IMG/VR virus record: IMGVR_UViG_3300028388_002571
Span: 1 to 47,406 of that record
DNA from: a virus
Lineage: Duplodnaviria; Caudoviricetes
Strand: one strand, 5' to 3'
DNA length: 47,406 nucleotides
Translations under genes and position numbers: made by a program
Shown: positions 28,748 to 35,807 of the stretch, piece by piece
How positions within the stretch are numbered: the first letter of the stretch is position 1
Layout of the letters: the number at the start of each line of letters is the position of its first letter
Notes under the pieces: model-generated
The model's input: the letters and a program-made list of their open reading frames with translations, nothing else
Told to the model about the DNA's origin: nothing
Databases searched by the model: none

Positions 28748-29120
28748 CTACTTTTCCTCGTTGTTAAAGAACGCCCCAGGCCGGAGCCCGGGCAGCCGCG
28801 GAAGCCCCGCGACTATTTACATTCTAGCAATCGGCATATCACAAATCGGGTCGTTGGGCCGAAAGTAGAGACTTATCCACAAGCTAAACCCCCGATATAC
28901 AACGAAATTTATCTTTTTGCCGTGGGCCCTGGACACGATGTGGATGCGGCGAACGCGCGCGAAATAGCCAAAATGGCCATTCCAGGCGCGGCCCTGGCGG
29001 GGCGAAAAAAAATTCCGAAACGGAACGGGGCGACTCCGAAACGGAACGAGCGGGCGCTGACAGAAACCCCGAAAGCATTCCTTTTCGGCTTTCTGTCTGG
29101 TAGGGGCGGCGGACAACCGC

Positions 29121-29354
29121 CGTGACCGGATCGTGACGACACCCAGGCCGGCGCTGTCCGCTCAAGTCACGTCAGGTCACGATGGAGGCCGGAGAGCGGC
29201 CCGAAGTGCTTGAAAAACGAGGGGTTCAGGAGAGCCCGCTGGATTCACACGGCAGGGGTCGCTGGTTCGAACCCAGCCGCGCCCACCATAAAATCAACTA
29301 CTTACCGCCCTCCCCGCCAGCGACCAGCCGGGCAACGTGACCAGATCGTGACGA
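29121..29354. repeat. Integrase arm-type sites and IHF site around attP
   Basis: CGTGACC(G/A)GATCGTGACGA at 29121-29139 and 29336-29354, related inverted copy at about 29166-29181; AATCAACTACTTA at 29292-29304 matches the IHF consensus WATCAANNNNTTR. Confidence 0.7.
29244..29288 (+). mobile_element. attP: attP core: 3' half of a tRNA-Val(CAC) gene
   Basis: TTCACAC anticodon loop, GGCAG stem arm, GCTGGTTCGAACCCAGC T-arm and terminal CCA; no 5' half or D-arm; 9 bp from the integrase stop. Confidence 0.88.
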
Positions 29355-30303
29355 ACCGCCCTCCAGACGGGCGACCGCAGCCCGGACGTTTTCGGGTGCG
29401 AGGTGGGCGTATCGCTCGGTCATTCGGACTGTCGAGTGCCCCAGCAGATCGCGGACCTCAGGCAGCGGGACACCGGCCGAGACCAGCCACGCCGCACAGG
29501 TATGCCGGAGGTCGTGAACGGTGAAGTCCTCGATGCCGGCCATCGCGCAGGCCCGGGCGAAGGACCGCTTCACCGACGCGATGCGCATGCCCTTTCGGTT
29601 GCAGAACACCCAGCGCGCCTTCGGGCAGTGTTCAGCCTTCCACGACGCCCGGGACCGCAGCGCCGACAGCGCGACCGCGTTCAGCGGGACCGACCGACGC
29701 TTCCCCGGCTTGGTCATGTCGGGCTCCAGCCAGAGCAGCGCCCCAGGAAGATCGACACGCGACCACTCAAGCCACAGCAGTTCGCCCCGCCGGCAGCCCG
29801 TATGCAGCGCGAGGAGGACGAAATCAGCGAGATGAGGGGCACGGGCCAGGGTCCGCGCAGCGGCGACCAGGGCGGCAGCCTGAGCGCGCGTGAGCCAGCG
29901 CAGACGGCCCTCCGGTTCGCGCAGCCGGCGACCGACCGCGGGGTTGGGCACGGACCAGTCGAGTTCGGTGCGCGCGTAGTTGAGCGCGGCGGACAGCAGG
30001 CCGATCTCGCGGTTGATCGTGCCGGCCGAGGCGCCCTCGCCCAGGCGTTGGTCGATGTACTCACGGCCCGCCCAGGTAGGCCAGCATCAACTCGTCGTAG
30101 GACCGGGAGGGCTGCTCGCCCCACAGGGCGGCGTTGCGGGCGTCGAGACGCCAGCGGGCTAAGACTTGCTGCGCTTCGGTTTTGTCGGGAGTGCCAGTAC
30201 TGCGGCGAGTTCGGCGGCCGCGTTCGTCGGTGAACGACGCCCACCAATACGGTGAATCGTCGCGCCGGTAGAGACCGTCGCGGTCGGTTTTGCGTCGCCC
30301 CAT
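29298..30303 (-). pseudogene. int: Tyrosine integrase, interrupted by an apparent deletion/frameshift near 30066-30072
   Basis: Catalytic R (TGCRRGEL), K, HDLRH, LGH and RYAH are intact in frame 29298-30065; the arm-binding N-terminus (30061-30303) is in another frame and stops at LAYLGGP*. Confidence 0.85.
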
Positions 30304-30494
30304 CGTTTACCCCCCGGCGAATAATCGCCGGAGGGGAGTTGGCCGTCAATCCACGCCTGGACGGCCGAGGCCGGGACCGTTACGCGGCGCCCCACCCGCA
30401 CAGCCGGAAGCTCGCCACGGGCGATCATGCGGCGGACGGTGCGGACGGAGACGCCGCCCAGGCGTTCGGCCGTTTGGTCGAGCGACCAGAGCAT
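30159..30494 (-). CDS. xis: Excisionase (HTH_17-like)
   Basis: SLDQTAERLGGVSVRTVRRMIARGELPAVRVGRR; directly upstream of and overlapping int. Confidence 0.8.
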   Translation of the reverse strand: MLWSLDQTAERLGGVSVRTVRRMIARGELPAVRVGRRVTVPASAVQAWIDGQLPSGDYSPGGKRWGDAKPTATVSTGATIHRIGGRRSPTNAAAELAAVLALPTKPKRSKS

Positions 30495-30736
30495 CAGCGG
30501 GGAACGGAGGGGAACCCGTCAGCGCGCCGGTTGAAGTCGCGGCCGAGCAAGTGCCGGTTGGCCCTCCAGTACCGGAAGCGCAGCGTCCTCACGACGGACG
30601 CCAGCGACTCGCCGGCAGCGAGGCGCTCCAAGGCCCATTTGTGGTCACGGTCGACCTGGGCGATGTAGGTCGAGATCGGATCGTCAGACGGCAGAAACGG
30701 ATTGAGCTCCGGTGGGCGTTTTCTATCCCACCTCAT
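30494..30736 (-). CDS. Hypothetical protein
   Basis: 80 aa from ATG 30736, coupled to neighbours on both sides. Confidence 0.55.
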   Translation of the reverse strand: MRWDRKRPPELNPFLPSDDPISTYIAQVDRDHKWALERLAAGESLASVVRTLRFRYWRANRHLLGRDFNRRADGFPSVPR

Positions 30737-30906
30737 GACGGTATGTCCGTCAAAACGACGCCGAAGGCGACCGCCACCCAGGACACCAGCGACAGGTGCC
30801 AGAGTGACAGCCAATCGCCGTCGATAAGGGCGCCGGCCGAGCCGAACAGGGAGATCAGCAGCGACAGGCCGGTGAGGAACATCAGAAAGACGGGGTTGAG
30901 GGTCAT
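30733..30906 (-). CDS. Small two-helix membrane protein (57 aa)
   Basis: Translated by hand: MTLNPVFLMFLTGLSLLISLFGSAGALIDGDWLSLWHLSLVSWVAVAFGVVLTDIPS; AAGGAGG RBS. Confidence 0.7.
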   Translation of the reverse strand: MTLNPVFLMFLTGLSLLISLFGSAGALIDGDWLSLWHLSLVSWVAVAFGVVLTDIPS

Positions 30907-31184
30907 GGAGCACCTCCTTCGTGGTGGAACAGGTCGGGCTGAAGGGCCCGGGTGGTAACGAAGCGCCGCACGATCTGCTCGATGCGTGGGCGCCAGCCGG
31001 GTGGATAAACGGCGAGGCAGTGCGAACCCCCGCCAGCGGTTTTGCGGCGCAGTTCATTTCGCGGGAGTTCGCCGTTCTCGGTTTCCCAGGCGACGCGGAC
31101 CGCCGCCCCGATCTCCCACGCGGCGCCGTTGGACGGTTCAAGCCCGAGGTCGCGCATGACATCGATGACGGTGATCCAGGCCAT
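30903..31184 (-). CDS. Hypothetical protein with a QPDLF motif near the C-terminus
   Basis: 93 aa from ATG 31184 (MAWITVIDV...), coupled to the upstream stop. Confidence 0.7.
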   Translation of the reverse strand: MAWITVIDVMRDLGLEPSNGAAWEIGAAVRVAWETENGELPRNELRRKTAGGGSHCLAVYPPGWRPRIEQIVRRFVTTRALQPDLFHHEGGAP

Positions 31185-31684
31185 CAGGAGGCCTCGTCGT
31201 CGGGTTTGGGCGCGGCTACCGCAGGAGGGACGGCGGTCGACGGCAGCAAGGTGGCGCGTGCCGACTTTGAGTGCCGTTCGATTTCGTGCAGGAGGCGGCC
31301 GTGGTGAAGGATTGTGTTGCGCTCTTGGTCGTCGCGCGGACGAACAGCGTTGAGCTTCTGACGCTGCCTTCGGCATAGCCGGCCCGTGCGCTTGATGACG
31401 CCGTGGGTCAAGGCGGTGACCGCCCGGGCGTCGGCAACGTAGAACGCCTCGCCGCGGATGCACTCAACGATGACGCCCTGCTCGCTAAGGCGAGCGCGCC
31501 ACGCATCAGTGATCGTGCGGAAGCGCCGGTGATCGTCGGGCAGCGAAAGCCCGAGCAATTCGGCGATGTCGTCATATCGAAACTGGTCGCCCTCGTTGAG
31601 GGAGGGGAACGCGCCAAGCAACAAGTCCACATCGGGCTTTGTTGGCATGCCCTCCTGCCAGGGGTAGTGCTGTGAATCGCTCAT
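31184..31684 (-). CDS. Hypothetical protein next to the pentamer-array locus (possible winged-helix N-terminus)
   Basis: GGAG RBS before ATG 31684; 166 aa; GDQFRYDDIAELLG...VECIRGEAFYV. Confidence 0.75.
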   Translation of the reverse strand: MSDSQHYPWQEGMPTKPDVDLLLGAFPSLNEGDQFRYDDIAELLGLSLPDDHRRFRTITDAWRARLSEQGVIVECIRGEAFYVADARAVTALTHGVIKRTGRLCRRQRQKLNAVRPRDDQERNTILHHGRLLHEIERHSKSARATLLPSTAVPPAVAAPKPDDEAS

Positions 31685-31718
31685 GTTGGTCTCCAGAGTT
31701 GTTGTGGCCATAGGCCCC

Positions 31719-31807
31719 TTGCCTTGCCGTGCCCGGCCTTGCCGAACCGCGCCGAGCCGAGCCCAGCCCGGCCCGCCAAGCCCTGCCCAGCCGGTCCCTG
31801 CCTCGCC
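31719..31807 (-). repeat. GGY-NN pentamer array 4 (18 units, one 4-nt unit, one GGA variant)
   Basis: Minus strand: ggcga ggcag ggacc ggctg ggcag ggctt ggcg ggccg ggctg ggctc ggctc ggcgc ggttc ggcaa ggccg ggcac ggcaa ggcaa; begins right after the stop of the RAMP-like gene. Confidence 0.93.
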
Positions 31808-32470
31808 TCAGGAAAGAATCTCGGCGGTGAAGATTCCGTAAGGCCCAGGCGTTTTTCCGCCCGGGCGCCAGTCGCCGATGCCCTTGTACTGACCCGCGTA
31901 GTCGAGGATCAGCGACAGGGTGTCGGGGGTGATTTGGTTGTCCCAGACCAGGATCGTGCCTTCGGCAGTCCAGCCCGCCGGGAACTCGGGACGCACCCGG
32001 ATATGCTTGGACTGGCCGACCTTTGCGCGCTTCACGTTAAGGGCGAACCCGCGGCCTTCGCAGGCCGTGCGATGGGTTTTGAAGTCGGTCTCATCCTTCA
32101 GTTTTTCGGTGTCAGGCCAAGACAGCTGGCCGCCGTTGATTTCGATGGGCCACAGGGTTTCGCCGCACCGCATTCCGCTTTGGGTTTGGCTTTTGAACGT
32201 CTTGCCGTTTTTACCGCCCGGCACAGGGACCATCACGCCGCCCTCCATAATCGAGCGCATGATGTTTTCGGCGGGGAGCCCGATGACGTTGCCGTCGTGG
32301 TACAGGCACCCGAGCCACCGCCACGCAGGCGTTCTATCGTCGCCGGCTTTGCCCGCGTTTTTGTTGGCGGGATCGACCCGCCAAGCGTCCATGAAGTCGG
32401 CCCATTCGATGTTGTCGCGGTGCATCAGTAATGGGGTTTTTCCAGTTAAGCGGATTTGGTATTCGCGCAT
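31808..32470 (-). CDS. Stand-alone Cas7/RAMP-like RNA-binding protein
   Basis: 220 aa; N-terminal strand IRLTGKTPLLMH, LPAENI motif, RVRPEF..W, and C-terminal Gly-rich loop AGQYKGIGDWRP...GPYGIF, the RAMP/Cas7 layout; GGAG RBS. Confidence 0.75.
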   Translation of the reverse strand: MREYQIRLTGKTPLLMHRDNIEWADFMDAWRVDPANKNAGKAGDDRTPAWRWLGCLYHDGNVIGLPAENIMRSIMEGGVMVPVPGGKNGKTFKSQTQSGMRCGETLWPIEINGGQLSWPDTEKLKDETDFKTHRTACEGRGFALNVKRAKVGQSKHIRVRPEFPAGWTAEGTILVWDNQITPDTLSLILDYAGQYKGIGDWRPGGKTPGPYGIFTAEILS

Positions 32471-32514
32471 TTCAGTTCTCCAGTTGGTTGATGAAGTGGT
32501 TGGCCATAGGCCCC

Positions 32515-32574
32515 TTGCCGTGCCAAGCCATGCCTAGCCGCGCCGCGCCTAGCCAAGCCATGCCTAGCCGGGCC
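32515..32574 (-). repeat. GGY-NN pentamer array 3 (12 units)
   Basis: Minus strand NN series: CC TA AT TT TA GC GC TA AT TT AC AA; every unit begins GGC. Confidence 0.95.
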
Positions 32575-32637
32575 TTTTGGTGGAATACCCACCGGGAACG
32601 ACACCCGCAGGTGCCGAGCCCGCTGATTACTCAGCCC
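32575..32637 (-). repeat. 63-bp structured constant repeat, downstream copy
   Basis: Identical to 32718-32780; three hairpins on the minus strand. Confidence 0.95.
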
Positions 32638-32717
32638 TTGCCGCGCCTCGCCAAGCCCCGCCAAGCCTTGCCAAGCCCTGCCACGCCGAGCCGTGCCCCA
32701 CCTGAGCGGGCCACGCC
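32638..32717 (-). repeat. GGY-NN pentamer array 2 (16 units)
   Basis: Minus strand NN series: GT CC CA GG AC TC GT AG TT AA TT GG TT GA GC AA; one unit begins GCT and one GGT. Confidence 0.95.
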
Positions 32718-32780
32718 TTTTGGTGGAATACCCACCGGGAACGACACCCGCAGGTGCCGAGCCCGCTGATTACTCAGCCC
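32718..32780 (-). repeat. 63-bp structured constant repeat, upstream copy
   Basis: GGGCTGAGTAATCAGCGGGCTCGGCACCTGCGGGTGTCGTTCCCGGTGGGTATTCCACCAAAA on the minus strand. Confidence 0.95.
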
Positions 32781-32855
32781 TTGCCTTGCCGAACCAAGCC
32801 ATGCCATGCCGAGCCTAGCCGCGCCGCGCCGCACCGCGCCCGGCCTAGCCATGCC
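32781..32855 (-). repeat. GGY-NN pentamer array 1 (15 units)
   Basis: Minus strand NN series: AT TA CG GC GC GC GC TA TC AT AT TT TC AA AA; units begin GGC or GGT. Confidence 0.95.
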
Positions 32856-32866
32856 ACGCGAAGCGA

Positions 32867-34501
32867 TCACGCAGCCTTCCGGGCATACCGAAGGGTCTTG
32901 GTGATGTCGTTGCGGAGATCGGCCGCGACATCGACCGGCAGCCGGATATGGATGTCGCCCGTGGATTCGCCCGAGAGCATCAGGACGACAACCGGCCCGT
33001 CAGCCAGGGCCGACGCATTGTCAGGAACGAACGTGAGGGTCGCCGCGGCCGGCTCAGGCTCAGACGGAGGCGAGGACACCGCCGGCTCCGGTTGCGCCGC
33101 AGGAGGGGTCGCAGGAGGCGCCTCGGGGGCGTTTTGGCGAAGGCGCTCAGCCCGCGCGCGTTCCTCAGCCTCGCGTTGGCGCTGGCGTTCGATCTCGTCG
33201 GCGATACGCGACTTGATAGTGGCGATGAAATCGTCGAGCGGCTTGTCGACCAGACGATCCAAATCGGGGAACAGGTAGTGCGCCTCGCGGGAGATGTTCA
33301 GTTCGTCGTAGGCCCGGAGGTTCGCAGCGCGCAGGGAGACGACCTCGTTGAGCGCGAGCTTCGCGTCGGTGACGGCCTGATGGGCGGCATCGCGCAGGGT
33401 GGCGACGGTACGCTTGCCCTTCATAGCCGCAGCGACGGTAGACCGGAACTCAGCCGGCACCCCCGGCGCCCCGATACGGGTATCGCAGCCCTCGGCGAGC
33501 TTTGTGGCGTGAAGGCGAAGCTCATCGACCGCCTCGGCCACGATCTCGGCCCGAATGGCGTCCTTGCGGGACGCGACGAGCTTTTCGAGTTCGAGGCGCT
33601 TCTTCCGCATCAGCGCGGACAGCGCATCGGCGGCGTCGAACAGGGCGTTGATGTCGGCGGCCTGCTCCAGGGCCCGGGCCTTGGCGGCCTTTACCTCGCC
33701 TTCGCCTTCCTTCAGGAGTTTCACGTTGGCCTCGGCCTCGGCGAAGTCCTCATCGGTTTCGAGGGCGGTGTTGATCGCCTCGATGCGCGCGGTGATCGCG
33801 GACTGGTACGCGCCAAGGTTGGTATCGCGGACCGACCCGATGATGTCGAGCGTCAGGACCGGCAGCGCCGCGAGAACGGGAGCGGCAGCCGGCGGCGGCA
33901 CCTCCTTGTGTTCGTAGTTCGCGACGTCCTCGCGGAACTGCGCCCAGGCAGCGACCAGACGGGCGCGCAGATCGGGGGCCGACTCGTACCAGCAGTTGAC
34001 CATCTTTTCGCGGGTGCCATCGGACACCACGAACAGGCAGCGCCGGGCGCCGGTGACCAAAAGCTGTTGCTCGAGTTGTGGCGCGTGGCTATCGGGCACC
34101 CGGCCCGAGACCACCTCGGCCGCCAGCGACTCGTTCCAGAGCTTGTGTTCGAAGCACCAGTCAGCGGACAGCGTGAGCCCGTCGCAGGAGGCCGACAGCG
34201 GCAGCCCCTCGACGACCCGGGAGACGACCCCCGGGAACAGCGACTCGTTCATGCGCTCCTCGATGATCGGACGGGCGGCAGCCTCGGCGGCGTGGCCCTG
34301 ATCGAACCGGCGCTGGGTCTCGGGATCGATCTCCTCGGAGGAACCCAGGGCATGAGCGCGGACCAGCGCCGCGCGGTCGGTGTACAGCGACACCCCCAGG
34401 ACCGCCGGAGCGTCGGAGGCGTTGTATTGCGTCGCCCGGAATTCGTGCCATTCGGGCGAGCCCTGGACGAGGGAGTGGAAGACAGGGGGTTCCATGTTCA
34501 T
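32867..34501 (-). CDS. YqaJ-like (lambda exonuclease family) recombination nuclease with coiled-coil extension
   Basis: QGSPEWHEFR, ASDAPAVLGVS, GHAAE, SASCDG, FEHK and QLEQQL motifs. Confidence 0.9.
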   Translation of the reverse strand: MNMEPPVFHSLVQGSPEWHEFRATQYNASDAPAVLGVSLYTDRAALVRAHALGSSEEIDPETQRRFDQGHAAEAAARPIIEERMNESLFPGVVSRVVEGLPLSASCDGLTLSADWCFEHKLWNESLAAEVVSGRVPDSHAPQLEQQLLVTGARRCLFVVSDGTREKMVNCWYESAPDLRARLVAAWAQFREDVANYEHKEVPPPAAAPVLAALPVLTLDIIGSVRDTNLGAYQSAITARIEAINTALETDEDFAEAEANVKLLKEGEGEVKAAKARALEQAADINALFDAADALSALMRKKRLELEKLVASRKDAIRAEIVAEAVDELRLHATKLAEGCDTRIGAPGVPAEFRSTVAAAMKGKRTVATLRDAAHQAVTDAKLALNEVVSLRAANLRAYDELNISREAHYLFPDLDRLVDKPLDDFIATIKSRIADEIERQRQREAEERARAERLRQNAPEAPPATPPAAQPEPAVSSPPSEPEPAAATLTFVPDNASALADGPVVVLMLSGESTGDIHIRLPVDVAADLRNDITKTLRYARKAA

Positions 34502-35559
34502 GGCGTGGCCTCCGTAGCGGCGTCGTACGCAGCGAAAAAGTCGTCGTTGTCGTCAGCCGCGGGAGCGGCGACGGGCTCGCGGATGCGGGCGATCTGCTCG
34601 TCGGACAGGGCGAACCGGGAAGACACCATCGCGACGATGCCGTCGGCGGTTTGCCGGCCGGACTCGATAAGGTCGCGCCACTTCGGCAGATCGGCCTCAA
34701 AGCGGTCAGGCGCCAGCGCAGGCAGCGCCTCAGGGGCAGCAGAAGGGGCCGACTCCGATCCGGGTGCAGAGGCGCCCCCAGACGGCGCGTCGAACCAGTC
34801 CACCGCGGTCGACATGCCGTCCTTGATCGAGGCGTAGATTTTCCGAAGCTGGACGACCTGGGCGGACCGGATAGCCTCGACCCGGCACTGGATACGCCCC
34901 TCGATCTGCTCCTTCGTCACGCCGATAGCGGCGAAGGCGTCGACCAGTTTCTTGATCGCCTCGGGCGTGGTGTTACCGGACGACGCCAGCGTCACCTCGC
35001 ACTGGTGGACGGCGGCCTCCACGATGTCGCCGGGCAGGACCGACAGGATGCAGGCCCGGACCCGGCGCTGGGCCATATTGGCCGTCATCTCGTAGATGTC
35101 GCGCTCCGCGGTGATCGGATTCCCGCCCTTCTTGGTGTCGCGCCAATGGCGGGCCCGGAACGAGACCGGGCGGCGGGTGTTGGTTTCGAGGTCCCAGGCG
35201 TAGGCCAGGATGTCGGAGTAGGTCACGCCGTCGGGGTCTTTACCGCGGGACAGCTCGCGGAACCCGAACTCGACGTTGCCCCACGCCTGAGCGATGGCCT
35301 CGGCGAGGCGGATCGACGGCCCGGTGATCTCAGAACCGCCGCGGGAGTACGAATAGAGCGCGGTCTCGGCGAGCGACTCGCGGGTGCACATATTCAGGAT
35401 GCGGTCGCCGGCCTCCTTCGGGTTACGCGGGAACTTCCGCGCGACGACCAGGGCAGCCTGCACCTCGGCGATGGCGCGGGACTCCTCGGACTGCGCGAGG
35501 GCCGTGCCGCCCTCGCTGGATTTCGCCAGGGCGAACGGGTTGTCGACGTTTTGGCTCAT
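34498..35559 (-). CDS. Putative single-strand annealing/recombination partner of the YqaJ nuclease
   Basis: 353 aa, EVQAALVVARKFPRN and GPSIRLAEAIAQAWGN; acidic tail; coupled to the exonuclease gene. Confidence 0.65.
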   Translation of the reverse strand: MSQNVDNPFALAKSSEGGTALAQSEESRAIAEVQAALVVARKFPRNPKEAGDRILNMCTRESLAETALYSYSRGGSEITGPSIRLAEAIAQAWGNVEFGFRELSRGKDPDGVTYSDILAYAWDLETNTRRPVSFRARHWRDTKKGGNPITAERDIYEMTANMAQRRVRACILSVLPGDIVEAAVHQCEVTLASSGNTTPEAIKKLVDAFAAIGVTKEQIEGRIQCRVEAIRSAQVVQLRKIYASIKDGMSTAVDWFDAPSGGASAPGSESAPSAAPEALPALAPDRFEADLPKWRDLIESGRQTADGIVAMVSSRFALSDEQIARIREPVAAPAADDNDDFFAAYDAATEATP

Positions 35560-35753
35560 GGGGTGGCCTCCTTGTGGGGGAACGGGAAGCCGAAGACGTT
35601 GCGGTCATCGGCGGCAGGCGGATCGGGGATAAACGCGAGCGACCCGTCGGACAGGCGGTGGACCGTGCAGCCGGCACCCCGGGCGAACGCCTTGATGTCG
35701 GTGATGCGGACGCGTTTGTGGACGCGGATCGTGATGTAGTCGTCAGCGGGCAT
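35556..35753 (-). CDS. Small hypothetical protein
   Basis: GGAGG RBS before ATG 35753; 65 aa; stop overlaps the next start. Confidence 0.6.
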   Translation of the reverse strand: MPADDYITIRVHKRVRITDIKAFARGAGCTVHRLSDGSLAFIPDPPAADDRNVFGFPFPHKEATP

Positions 35754-35765
35754 GTGAGCCTCCGG

Positions 35766-35791
35766 AAAAAAAGGCCCCGCCGGAGCGGGGC
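35766..35791 (-). terminator. Rho-independent terminator
   Basis: GCCCCGC-TCCG-GCGGGGC hairpin followed by C and T7 on the minus strand, after the DUF932 gene. Confidence 0.8.
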
Positions 35792-35807
35792 AAATACCCA
35801 CCAAAGG

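Noticed and set aside
29230-29288. Complete tRNA gene
   Set aside because: The acceptor 5' strand, D-arm and 5' anticodon stem are absent; it is the attP core
32575-32780. Canonical CRISPR array
   Set aside because: Only two repeats, 63 bp long, and the intervening sequences are pentamer-periodic rather than unique spacers; no cas1 or cas2
32431-32870. Short ORFs over the pentamer arrays (ARLGMAW-type and PSRAAP-type peptides, also 31724-32431)
   Set aside because: Low-complexity translations produced by stop-free 5-nt repeats; no RBS, and a 5-nt period with RNA hairpins fits a non-coding role better
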